A stretch of DNA of 41,379 nucleotides, counting the filler, from Squalus acanthias (lineage: Eukaryota), in NCBI GenBank assembly GCA_030390025.1. It is 2 parts of 2 records of this genome, joined end to end, with 100 filler letters (N's around TTAATTAATTAA, not from the genome) between each part and the next. Parts side by side here need not be neighbours in the genome. Positions count along the whole stretch, not along the records: positions 13,907 to 41,379 come from JASTWF010000148.1; 1 more part is not named here. The stretch is one strand, 5' to 3'. Every line of letters begins with the position of its first letter. Position 1 is the stretch's first letter. A program made the translations under genes and the position numbers. Below the pieces are notes generated by a model that saw only the letters and a program-made list of their open reading frames with translations, was not told the origin of the DNA and ran no database searches. Below, in pieces: positions 23,709-35,335 of the stretch.

Positions 23709-23998
23709 GCTCTTTCAGTAATTCAGTGGTACAGACCCCGCCAGCGGTGACCAGGGAGGAGTGTCAGTCTCTCACCATCACCTGTGTTTTCTATGGTGGT
23801 TTTTGGGCTAATCCTTTAACGCGTGGGGATTTCTTCAGACAAACCCAGACCGGGACAGAGTGGGAGCGATCTCGAGTGAGGAGCGATTTGTTGTGAGGAC
23901 TAATAAGGCAGAAAAGACATTTTCGTTGGAAATTCGGGATGTGCGAGTTGAAGACAGCGCCACCTATTACTGTAAAGCTGAGTACCAGTACAGGACCA
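23709..23998 (+). pseudogene. NAR-TCR-like (IgNAR-type, CDR2-lacking) V segment with a 1-nt frameshift
   Basis: SVVQTPPAVTREECQSLTITCVF...GDFFRQTQTGTEWER / ISSEERFVVRTNKAEKTFSLEIRDVRVEDSATYYCKAEYQYRT. The -1 shift near 23869 gives TGA at 23894. VNAR-like short FR2 region, extra FR1 Cys and YYCKA end. Confidence 0.85.
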
Positions 23999-24036
23999 CA
24001 CAGTGATGGGCCTCGGCTTCCCGCGATACAAAAACT
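23999..24036 (+). other. 23-type RSS of the NAR-like V
   Basis: CACAGTG, 22-bp spacer, ACAAAAACT. Confidence 0.9.
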
Positions 24037-24359
24037 CTCACTGCAGATTGTGACAGAAACAAGTGAAAAAGCGGAGTCAATCTGCCGTTAAACCCACAGT
24101 TCCGCCTCGCACCGTCTGCCCCACAGTCTAGTTTATAATCAGATTGGATTATTGCAGTTAACACCTTGAGTTTTGTAAATGCTGAGTGTGTGCGGGCGGT
24201 GACGTCTTTCCCGGGATTGGTGTCAATGAATGGCGATTGGGAATGACTGATCCCAGTTAGAATTCCCGAACACCAGATGGGATCCTGTTCTAACAGTTGG
24301 AACCGGGAACCGCGGTCCCCGCCGTGTAACTAATGTCCCCCCATCTCACCGAGTACCGG

Positions 24360-24429
24360 GGTATTTGATGCTGACTTGAAACACTGTGTTTGCTGGAACC
24401 TCACAGTGGATGAGACCTGAGCAAATACC
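24360..24429 (+). other. D segment (TTTGCTGGAACCT, 24389-24401) flanked by 12-type RSS on both sides
   Basis: GGTATTTGA-13bp-CACTGTG, D, CACAGTG-12bp-GCAAATACC. Confidence 0.88.
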
Positions 24430-24730
24430 TGTGTACAATTAAAATATAAATTCCCCGGGCCCGGAACCTGAATTGTAGGTTTGATCTTATTGCCGCTGTA
24501 ATCTAGTTTAATTTCATTGTAATTTCCTGTTTTCAGTTATCTTTCTTTGATATTTTCTCTGTTTATATGAAGCGCCATCTCCGGCCTGTGTTCCTGGGCC
24601 ATTTTACTGAGAGCTCAGAGTCTCACAAAGAACAGTTTGAACCGCCAGGGACTGTGGAACACGGAATATTGTTTATTGATCACTGGAATAATTGGGCAGC
24701 GCGGACGGTCCGGTGATGTGTGTCCGGCAG

Positions 24731-24860
24731 ATTGAGGCGCAGAAAACCATCTGGTTACACATCCCGAAACTGCAACTGAGTGACTCCGCTGTGTATTACT
24801 GTGCACTGAGTCCGCGCACAGCACAGTGATACAGAGCACGGAGAGAGCCGTACAAAAACC
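24731..24860 (+). pseudogene. 3' remnant of a TCR delta-type V (candidate supporting V) with a perfect 23-RSS
   Basis: IEAQKTIWLHIPKLQLSDSAVYYCALSPRT, then CACAGTG (24822-28), 23 bp and ACAAAAACC (24852-60). Confidence 0.87.
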
Positions 24861-25100
24861 TGAACATGGTGGGGATTACAGACACACAGTGATACAGAGC
24901 ACGGAGAGAGTTCACAAACCTGAACATGGTGGGGATTACAGACACACAGTGATACAGAGCACGGAGAGAGTTCACAAACCTGAACATGGTGGGGATTATA
25001 GACACACAGTGATACAGAGCACGGAGAGAGTTCACAAACCTGAACATGGTGGGGATTACAGACACACAGTGACACAGGGCAGGGGGAGAGAGTAAAAATA
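24822..25100 (+). repeat. Tandem array of RSS-derived units (63/60 bp, five heptamers)
   Basis: CACAGTG at 24822, 24885, 24945, 25005 and 25065. Confidence 0.93.
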
Positions 25101-26307
25101 TTCATCACGGATGCATTCTCGACGAATCTTAGAGTTTTCCCGAACAGAAACAAGTCATTAAGCCCAACAGTCTACACTTTCCTTTTCGCTCCTCACACAC
25201 TTTAATATTCCCCTCTATCGAGTCTCCTATCCAATTCCAATGTTTAAATATTTCATGCATTTATTCCACATTTTCCTCTCCTTCTGTGTAAATAATTGTT
25301 TTTCTCAACTTAAACATTTATATTTTGCCGAGTGATAGTTCACCCTAGGAGTTATATTTATTGTCCGCCTGTTTTCACAGGGACCAGCAGAGTTTCATCT
25401 TTCCTTTTCTTTGGTTCAATCCGTCTTTCAACGCTTGGGTTGATGAGCGGTCACCACCTCCTGGGATTTCCCGGATTCGGTGTCGAATCTGCTGAGAGAT
25501 TCTCTCCGCTCAACACGACACCCGCAGCCTGTCCGGACCAACAACCCGGCCAGGTCACGGCTGAAGGAGGATGGGTTTGGATTCAGTGATTTAATGACTC
25601 GTCCATGGAGGGCTGCGGCTTCCACAATTCACGGCAGAGAAAAGGCCCATTATGACACGGGCCGGGCTGCATTCTGGGAGAACTGCCCGCACATGCGCAG
25701 CTCAGAAAAACCTTTTAATGAAATTTTTTCAATTCTCTCGTGAGCCAGAATTTCACTTTAATTGATTAAGATCGAGCAGTTATTTTGATGGAACCTGAAG
25801 TAAATTTTCTTTTCAATCACACAGCGTTTTACGTCACACAAACATGGCCGACTACGTCACACAAACATGGCCGCCGCCGGTTTGCCCTGCAGTTGATGAC
25901 GCCAAAATCCCTCAGCAAGTCACAGCAACGTTATTGGCGGTTTCCCCCATTGATTCAGGGTCAGGATATCACGGGGCGTCTCCAGCCTCTGCTCAGCGCT
26001 AAAGAGCCCCAGTTTGTGGCCCCTGTGACCACTGATTCAGTCCTATGACCAGCAGAGGGGGCGGGGCAGCACGGGGCCTTTTAAAGGCACCCTGCACTCC
26101 ATGAGAACCACCGAGCCCGGAGTCAGTGAGAGCCTGGGAACAGGGCAGAGAGACGAGGGTGACATTAAAGATGATGGAGGCCCCGGATAGAGGGAGGGAT
26201 GAGAGATTGTAGCAGAGACGGAGTATAAGCACCAACTCCATACATTCCCAATCTCCCTTCAGACGGTCCATTAATTCTTCCCTCTCTTAACCCGATGTCA
26301 TACTTAA

Positions 26308-29090
26308 GGAAACGGTAGCGTAGTGGTAGTGTCACGGGACTAGTAATTTAGAGGCCTGGACTAATGAGCCAGAGACTTGAATTCAAATCCCAACACGGAA
26401 GCTGGGGAATTTAAATTAATTTAATTAAATAAATCTGGAAAAATTACTAATATCAGTAATGGTAACCATGAAGCTATTGGATTGTCGTAAAAACCCATCT
26501 GGTTCACTAATGTACTTCAGGGAAGAAAATCTGCCGTCCTTACCTGGTCCGGCCTATCGGTGACTCCGGACCCACAGCAATGTGGTTGACTATTAACTGC
26601 CCACTGAAATGGCCTAGCAGGCCACTCCGGACCCCATGAAGTCTCATGGCTTCAGGTCAAGTATGGGCAAGGAAATGTTGATTACCGCCCTCTCTCAGCT
26701 GATGAATCAGAGCTCATCCATGTTGAACAACACTTGGAAGAAACACTGAGAGTAGCAAGGGCACAGAATGTACTCTGGGTGGGGGGCTTCAATGTCCATC
26801 ACCAAGATTGGCTCGGTAGCACCACTACTGACCGAGCTGGCCGAGTCCTGAAGGACATAGCTGCCAGTCTGGGCCTGTGACAGGTTGTGAGAGAATCAAC
26901 ACGAGGGAAATACCTACTTGACCTCGTCCTCACCAATCTACATGTTGCAGATGCAGTATTGGTAGCAGTGACCACCGCACAGTCATTGTGGAGACGAAGT
27001 CCCGCCTTCACACTGAGGAAACCCTCCATCGTGTTGTGTGGCACTACCACCGTGTTAAATGGGATAGATTCAGGACAGATTTGCAGCTCAAAACTGGGCA
27101 TCCATGAGGCGCTGTGGGCCATCAGCAACAGCAGAATTATATTCCACCACAATCTGTAATCTCATGCCCGGTATATCCCTCACTCTACCATTAGCATCAA
27201 ACCCTGGTTCAATAAGGAGTGTACAGGAGCAGCACCAGGCGTACCTAAAAATGAGGTGCCAACCTGGGGAAGCAGCAACAAAGCTACAACATACATGCTA
27301 AAAAGCGCAAGCAGCATGCTATGGACAGGGCTAACCGTTCGCACAATCAACGGATCAGATCAAAGCTGAGTGCAAAAGACATGGCTGAAGCGTTTGCAAC
27401 CATCTTCAGCCAGAAGTGTCCAGTGGATGATCCATATCGGCCTCCTCCTGAGGACCCCACCATCACAGAGGCCAGTCTTCAGCCAATTCGATTCACTCAA
27501 CGCGATACCAAGAAACGGCTCAGCGCACTGGGTACAGCAAGGGCTATGGGCCCTGACAACATCCCGGCTATCCTGCAGAAGACTTGTGCTTATGAACTAG
27601 CCGCGCCTCCAGCCAACCTGTTTCAGTACAGCTACAACACTGGCATCTATCCGACAATGTGGAAGACTGCCCAGGTATGTCCTGTCCACAAAAAGCAGGA
27701 CAAATCTAAACCGGCCAATTGCCGCCCCATCAGTCTACGCTCAATCATCAGCAAAGTGATGAAAGGTTTCATCGACAGTGCTATCAAGCAGCACTTACTC
27801 ACCAATAACCTGCTCACTGATGCACAATTTGGGTTCCGGCAAGACCACTCGGCACCCGACCTGATTACAGCCTTGGTCTAAACATGGGAAAAGGAGCTAA
27901 ATTCCAGAGATGAGTTAAGAGTGACTGCCCTTGACATCAAGGCAGCATTTGGCCGAATGTGGCATGAAGGAGCCCTAGTAAAACTGAAGTCAATGGGAAT
28001 CGGGGGGAAAACTCTCCACTGGCTGGAGTCATAACTATCACAAAGGAAGATGGTTGTGCTGATTGAAGGTCAATCATCACAGCTCCAGGACATCGCTGCA
28101 GGAGTTCCTCCGGTCAGTGTCCTAGGCCCAACCATCTTCAGCTGCGTCATCAATGACCTTCCCTCCAACATAATGTCAGTAATGGGGATGTTTGCTGATG
28201 AATGCACAGTGTTCAGTGCCATTTTAAAATCCTCAGATAATGAAGCAGTCCATGCCCGCATGCAACAATATCTGGACAACGTTCAGGCTTGGGCTGATAA
28301 TTGGCAGGTAACATTCGAGCCATACAAGTGCCAGGCAATGACTATCTCCAACAAGCGAGAGTCTAACCACCGCCCCTTGACATTCAATGGCATTACCATC
28401 TCCGAATCCCCCACCATCAACATACTGGGGATCACCATTAACCAGAGACTTAAGTGGACCAGCCACATAAATACTGTAGCAACAAGAGCAGGTCAGAGGC
28501 TAGGTATTCTGCGGCGAGTGTCTCACCTCCTGACTCCCCAAAGCCTTTCTACAATCTACAAGGCACAAGTCAGGAGTGTGATGGAATACTCTCCACTTGC
28601 CTGGATGAGTGCAGCTCCAACAACACACAAGAAGCGCGACACCATCCAGGACAAAGCAGCCCGCTTGATTGGCACCCCATCTACCACCTTAAACATTCAC
28701 TCCCTCCACCACTGGCGTACTGTGGCTGCAGTGTGTACCATCTACAAGATGCACTGCAGCAACCCGCCAAGGCTTCTTCGGCAGCTCCACCCAAACCCGC
28801 GACCTCTTCCATCTAGAAGGACAAGGGCAGCAGGCGCATGGGAACACCACCACCTCCAAGTTCCCCTCCAAGTCACACACCATCCTGACTTAGAAGTATA
28901 TCGCCGATCCTTCATCGTCGCTGGGTCAAAATCCTGGAACTCCCTCCCTAACAGCACTGTGGAGTACCTTCACCACACGGACTGCAGCGGTTCGAGAAGG
29001 TGGCTCACCACCACCTTCTCAAGGGAAAAAACGGATGGGCAATAAATGCTGGCCTTGCCAACGGCGCCCACATCCCATAAACGAATATTT
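26308..29090 (+). mobile_element. Degenerate, internally deleted non-LTR retrotransposon (EN + RT, same family as 14768-19111) with a tRNA-like 5' head
   Basis: TRGKYLLDLVLTN (EN), MGPDNIP, RPISL, QFGFRQ, VP..SVLGP, FADE and YKAQVRSVMEYS motifs, with stops and frameshifts. Confidence 0.88.
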
Positions 29091-29097
29091 ACAAAAA

Positions 29098-29480
29098 AGT
29101 GGTGTTCATCATGGAGGAATACTGATTCATCAGCTGAGTGAGGGCGGTACGTGGTCATCAGCAGGCGGTTTCCTTGACAATGTTTGACCTGATGCCACGA
29201 GAGTTCAAATAGTCCCGTGTCGACGTTGAGGACTCCCAGTGCTATTCCCTGCCGACTGTATACCAAAATGCCGGCACCCCTGGTGGGACTGTCCTGCCGT
29301 TGGGACAGGACTTACTCAGGGATGGTGATGGAGGAGTCTGGGACTTTAGCTGAAAGGTATGATTCTGTGAGTATGACTATGTCAGGCTGATGCTTGACTA
29401 GTCTGTGGGACAGCTCTCCCAATTTTGGCACAAGACCCCAGATGTTAGTGAGGAGAACGTTGCAAGGTCGACTGGATTGT
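29098..29480 (-). mobile_element. N-terminal endonuclease fragment of the same LINE family, inverted
   Basis: TNIWGL..KLGEL...PDIVILTESYL (APE endonuclease motifs I-II). Confidence 0.75.
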
Positions 29481-31367
29481 ATACCTATGTCATGTCGAAA
29501 TCCGGTGCCCACATTGATGCTGTTTGGCTGTCCGGTTTTATTCCTATTGGCCCAAAAATTGCAGTTGGCTGCGTAGTTACGGAGTATGCCGCCGACCTAC
29601 AAAAAGAATACGCACTTACTTTGTGCGTGGCCGAGTACGGAGACTTGCACTTCGACGCTGCAGAGTTGTGCGCAGCGTATTACATCCCAGAGGCCAGGAG
29701 CGCTGCGCACATCCTATGCGTAAGGCAAGACACGCCCACAAAAGCTGTCAATACTAAGCCACGCCCACAGAAACTCCTTTCAGTCTCTTCCAGTGAAATT
29801 ACATTTAAACATTTTTTAGAAGCCTCTAAAAAGTTTTTTAAAAACTTGTATTTGATTGTGAAGTGATACCAGAAAGTTTAGCAATCCTTTCAGACGCACT
29901 CAAAGGGTTTCCAATGTTTTACTGCAAGGGCGACTAATAAATTCGACCATCTAATAAGGAGGTTTTAAGAGGACACTGAATGAAATGATCTTAAAGAGGT
30001 TTATGTGTCACAGCAAAGTTCAATGTGAATTAAAGTTCGTGGCTACAGCTAAAGTGCAGTGATTTGTCAGCAGGTAATTTTCACAATTATCCTCACTGTA
30101 TAACTTCTATTAGATTTTGTAAATAACCCGCATACATAATTTTGCTTTATTTTTTCCATCCACATCACAATCTATTAGTCCTTAGATATACAACTTCCTG
30201 CTTTGATACTCAGTAAAGCTCTAACAATGTTTCATATCTCCAACAAATAATGTTGTTAAACTTCAGAAAGAGATTCCCAGCCATATTTTCAATGTTACTT
30301 TTCAGGCTTAAAATATATAATTCAGACCTCATTTAGACTGGTAATAGAGAAATCTATTTTCCTTGTTATAAATGCATTATATTGTTTGTTATTGTGAAAG
30401 GACAGAATTGGTCGCTGAAATCTGATAGATGTTCACTTTATTGTACCTTCTTATTCAACTTCCCAAGTAATTAAAATGAAACTCGACCGACAAAAAATGT
30501 TTGCTCCACCAAAACGTACACAATATACAGACACAGATCCTCTTTTAAGATGTGAAACAGGCTCCTGCGCCTGCTTTCAGGAACCGTAACATTTTCGGAC
30601 GTCATTGCTGGGCAATTCACCCAACTCTGCGCCAGCAGTGAGTATTTCCCCGTTGGTGCGGATCATCTGTCAAGGCGTACCTTGACAGATCGCAAGTTCG
30701 GGATTTAACGCATGCGGAAATCCAGAACTTGTAGTACATTTCAAAGGCGGTATGATGGCATATTGTATGCCAGCAAACCCACCGCAAAAACTTCCCCATT
30801 ATACTCTGTCACAGCGGTTTGGTAGATCTGCGCGGCTTGCTAGGTCATTTCATAGGGAGTTAAAAGCCAACCACATTGCTGGGGGCTGGAGTCAAACATC
30901 GGCCAGACCGTCAAAAGTGAAATGGATGTTTTTTTTTATAACAATCTTGTAATTTCATAGCCGCCAGTACTGATACCACTTTTTAATTCCAGATTTATTA
31001 AGGAACTGAAACTGAATTCCCTAGCTGCCAGTGGTGGGATTTGAATTCACAGATTATCATAAATCATGAGCTTATGATTCTGGACTACTGGTGTAGTAAC
31101 ATAGCCGCTATGCTACTGTCCCCGGTTAGTTTAATTGGTCCCGAAACATCTCACTTGGCAGGTACAGGTAATGCCGGGGAAATAGCCACAGTTTTAATAT
31201 CAGAAAGAACTTGTTGCTGATTTCAAACTGGAGATTTTGTTCTTGATTTCGCTGAAAATCGCGAACAAAGGAACTTTTCACGTAAGCAGACACGGAGCAA
31301 CTACAGGAATGTTTTCTCTCTGGTCCATTGACAGGGAGAATGGTTTGTGTTCATTAAACAGGGACAC

Positions 31368-31450
31368 ACCAGGGTGGCCGAGTGGTTAAGGCGTTGGATT
31401 AAAATCCAAAGGACTGAGTGTTGACCTGGGTTCCAGCTCCGCTCCGGGTA
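31368..31450 (+). pseudogene. tRNA-Leu(TAA)-derived pseudogene
   Basis: ACCAGGGTGGCCGAGTGGTTAAGGCGTTGGA...TCCAA...GGGTTC...GGTA follows vertebrate tRNA-Leu(UAA). The anticodon loop is only 6 nt and the T-arm/B box is degenerate. Confidence 0.75.
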
Positions 31451-31629
31451 ATCCGCCTCTCAGTGTTGCTTCTCCTTTGTTGCGTAAGGATGTCACGTGA
31501 TCTGGAGGCAAGGCGGGTAAATGAGGTTGATGGGCAGATCAGCAATCATCTTATTGATATTCGGAGCAAGCTCGAGGGGCTGAATAGCCTCCTCCTGTTC
31601 CTAAAGAAGAATAATTTATATTAAAAGTA

Positions 31630-32720
31630 CAGAGACGGAGAGGGACAGAGGGAGAAAGAGGCAGAGGGAGAGAGAGAGAGAGACGGAGAGAGAGAGAGAG
31701 AGAGAGAGAGATCGATTGACAGACAGAGAAAGAATTATCAATTTCCGACAGTAAAAATATAGGTTCAGCAGAGAAGGCCACAATCGCAGATCGGTTTAGG
31801 AGTTTGTTAAGGCGGGTAAATTGAGTTAAGTAACAGATCAGCGCTGATCGAATTGAATTCAGGCTCGAGGGCCTGAATGGTCTACTCCTGTTCCTAATGT
31901 TTCTAAAGACGAACTTATCTTAAAAATACATAGACAGTGAGAGACAGTTGGAAAAAGTGGCAGAGGGAAAGAAACAGAGAGAGACAGACAGGCAGAGAGG
32001 AACATAAAAAGAGAAGGATAGGCAGAGAGGAACAGAGCGAGAGAGAGTGACAGATAAGCAGGCAGAGAGGAACAGAGCGAGAGAAAGAGGCAGAGAGGAA
32101 CAGACCGAGAGAGAGAGAGAGCGAGAGACAGAGAGGCAGAGCGGTACAGAGAGGGAGAGACAGACAGAGAGGAACAGAAAGAGAGAAAGAGAGACAGACA
32201 GCAGAGAGGAACAGAGAGAGATATAGGCAGAGAGAAACAGAGCGAGAGAGAGTGACAGACAAGCAGCCAGAGAGAAACAGATGAAGAGAAAGAGGTAGAG
32301 AGCAAAAGACCGAGAGAGAGAGAGCGAGAGACAGATAGGCAGAGCGGAACACAGCGAGAGAGAGTGACGGACAAGCAGACAGAGAGGAACAGAGGGAGAG
32401 AGAGCCAGAGAGGAACATAGCGTGAGAGAGTGCGAGAGTCAGATAGGCAGAGAGGTACAGATAGTGAGAGACAGACAGACAGGCAGAGAGGAACAGAGAG
32501 ACAGAGGAATAGGCAGAGAGGAACAGAGCGAGAGAGAGAGAGAGAGCGAGAGGCAGATAGGCAGAGAGGTACAGAGAGTGAGAGACAGACAGACAAAGAG
32601 GAACACAAAGAGAGAAAGAGAGACAGACAGACGAGCAGAAAGGAACAGAGAGGGAGAGAGGCAGAAAGGCAGAGAGGAACACAGATGGACAAAGAGTGAG
32701 AGAGAGGCAGACAGACGGAA
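31630..32720. repeat. Complex (GA)/(GACA)-rich microsatellite with short CR1 3' ends
   Basis: Seen directly. It is the source of the SLSLC ORFs. Confidence 0.9.
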
Positions 32721-33259
32721 AAACAGAGGAATAATTCTCAATTTCCTGTCATAAAAAGGTAAGTTCAGCACAGAAGGCCACACCCGCAGATCAGTTGAGG
32801 AGTTTTAAAGGACACTTTGTATTGATGTAGTGAAGAGAATTCGGATTAAAATGATTAAATCCTGCCGTGCTTAACAAGATAATGGTGTAAAATGGGCGGG
32901 TGGATGAAGTCCTCCTATTTCTGTGTTACACCTTCCTATCTTCTTATAGTGTAACAGCAACAACCAGTAACGGGGAGGTGACCCGGAGTGCCTGAGACTG
33001 CCCGCTTTCAAGAACCACACATTTCCCACCTTCTAACCTCAATGTCTGAGAGACGCGCACCTGTTAACCGTTTTCTCTGTTCAGTTCCCCATATCCACAC
33101 AGAACAGTTAAACCAGCGGTTTCCGCAATGGGGCCGTTGACAGCTCCATGTCCGTCGACCCGCCAAACCCTTATTCAGTCACATTGATATCACACAATAG
33201 GACAGGATTTAAAAATAAATCTGGAAATCAGAAATCAATTTAGAGGAATAAAAAATGCC

Positions 33260-33680
33260 CCCTCTGTCTGTCAGTCTCCTTTCTCTGTCTCGCTCTGACT
33301 CTATCTTTCTCTGTCTCTGTTTCTCTCTCTCTCTGCCTCTATCTTTCTTTCTCCGTCTCTGTTTCTCTCTCTGTCTCTATTTTTCTCTCTCTGTCTCTTT
33401 ATCTCACTCTGTCTCTCTCTCTGTCTCACCCTCTCTGTCTATCTCTGTCTTTCTCGCGATCTGTATCTCTCTCCCTCTCTCTCTCTGTTCCTCTGCCTCT
33501 CTATGTGTCTTTCTCTCTCTCTCTCTCTCTCCTCTCTCCACTTGCCCCGTCAATCTGTGTCCCCCGTTCTGTCTCTTTCTCTAAGTGTAACGGTCTTTTA
33601 CCCCTTTCTCTCTTTTTCTCTATCTATCAGTCTTTCTATCTACTTTTTTGTATCTTTCTCTCTCTCTCTCTCTCTCTGCC
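33260..33680. repeat. Complex (CT)-rich microsatellite
   Basis: Seen directly. Confidence 0.9.
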
Positions 33681-33906
33681 GCGCTCTATCCTCATTGTTT
33701 GAATGTCAAAAGATGCATTTCCACATTTTTTTTAGTTCAGATTCGAAACTTTCGCAAATGTCATTTTACTTCAGTCAAACATTTCTTTCATCTTGCAAAC
33801 CCATAGCCGGAAACTGTCGGTATCTGATTCTGGCCCTGTCAGTGATGAAGTCTCACTGTACACACATTGAGCTCCCATCCCGCAGGGTATGTTACAATCC
33901 AGCCAT

Positions 33907-33945
33907 AGTTTCCGTACGGGGCCTGTATCAGTTTAAAGCACTGTG
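33907..33945 (-). other. 23-RSS
   Basis: CACAGTG, 23 bp, ACGGAAACT (degenerate nonamer). Confidence 0.8.
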
Positions 33946-34252
33946 ATCTTCAGCACACAATAATACATCGCACTGTCACCCAGCTGTAAACCTGCCAGGG
34001 TTAAACTGAAGAAACGATCCGATACTCGGAGGGTAGAAGAGAATCGGCCTCCCACACGCTCTGGTTTTTGTTCTTCTCCCTCAGAATTCCTTCTGACTAA
34101 AAGCACCGGTGCCTCCCCCGTTCTTTGCCGATACCAGAGCAGGTCATATCGTCGGCTGTCTGTGGAGTATGAACAGGGCAGCACCATGCGTTCTTTCTCC
34201 ACGCATGGTACTGATGCTGCCGGCTGCTTAATTGTATTCGAATCAAACACTC
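33946..34252 (-). CDS. TCR alpha/delta V segment, open V exon (leader not identified)
   Basis: attcgcAG acceptor. VFDSNTIKQPAASVPCVEKERMVLPCSYST...LLWYRQRTGEAPVLL...GRFS...DSAMYYCVLK has Cys23, Trp41 and Cys104. Confidence 0.9.
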
Positions 34253-34334
34253 CTGCGAATAGTAAATAAACAGAAAACAAATAGAGGCTTAGATACCGGA
34301 GACACCAATAGCTGCTCACTCCCTCTCTTCATCC

Positions 34335-35335
34335 TAGAATCCTGGTATCAGAGAATGAGACAGCACAGAAGGAGGCTATTCGGCCCATCGCGCCTGTGCC
34401 AGCTCTTTGGTAGAGCTATACAATTAGTCCCACTCCCCTGCTCTTTCCCCATAGCCTTGGAAATGTTTTCCCTTCAAGTATTAGCCAATTCCTTTTTGAA
34501 AGTTACTATTAAATCTGCCTCCGCCGCCCTTTCAGGCAGTGCATTCCAGATCACAATGACTCGCTGTGTAGAAGAATATTTCTTCATGTCGCCTCTGGTT
34601 CTTTTTCCAATCACCTTAAATCTGTGTCCTCTGGTTACTGATACTAGTGCCACTGGAAACAGTGTCTCCTTATTTACTCTATCAAAACGTCCATGATTTT
34701 GAACACCTCTATCAAATCTCCCCTTCTCTGTTCCAAAGAAACAATCCCAGCTTCCCCAGTCCCTGCACATAACTGTAGTGACTCATCCCTGGTCCCATTC
34801 TAGTAAATCGCCTCTGCACCCTCTCCAAGGCCTTGACATACTTCCTAAAGTGTTGTCCTTAATTGAACACAATATTCCAGCTGAGGCCAAGCCAGTGTTT
34901 AATAAAGGTTTAGCATAACCTTTTTGGTTTGTACTTTATAACTATTAATAAAGCTCAATATACCATATGCTTTTTCACAGCCTTCTCAACTTGCCCACCT
35001 TCAAATATTTGTCTACATACACCCCCAGGCCTAGATCTCTTCCTGCACCCCTTTACAATTGTGTCATTTAGTCTCCATTCTTCCTACCAAAATATGTCAA
35101 TTCACAATTCTCTGCGTTAAATTTAATCTGTGATGTGTTCACCTATCTATCTATGTCCTCTTGAAATCCGTTTATATCCGACTCATTTTTTACTACATTT
35201 CCGAATTTTGTGTCATCTGCAAACTTTGAAATTAAGTCCTGTATAAAAAAGTCCAAGTCATTAACTTATATCAAAAAGAGCAGTGGTCCTCATACCGACC
35301 CCTGGGGACGACTACTGCATACCTCCCTCCAGTCC
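34335..35335 (-). mobile_element. 5'-truncated degenerate CR1 LINE just upstream of the V exon
   Basis: TRGHRFKV...TQRVIVIWNALPE and CR1 3'UTR. Confidence 0.85.

Noticed and set aside
24430-33900. J or C segments for the V genes
   Set aside because: No RSS-preceded FGxG/xGxGT motif with a splice donor and no TCR C exon were found on manual reading.
31859-33946. Ser/Leu/Cys-rich and Arg/Glu-rich ORFs
   Set aside because: Translations of (CT)/(GA) microsatellites.
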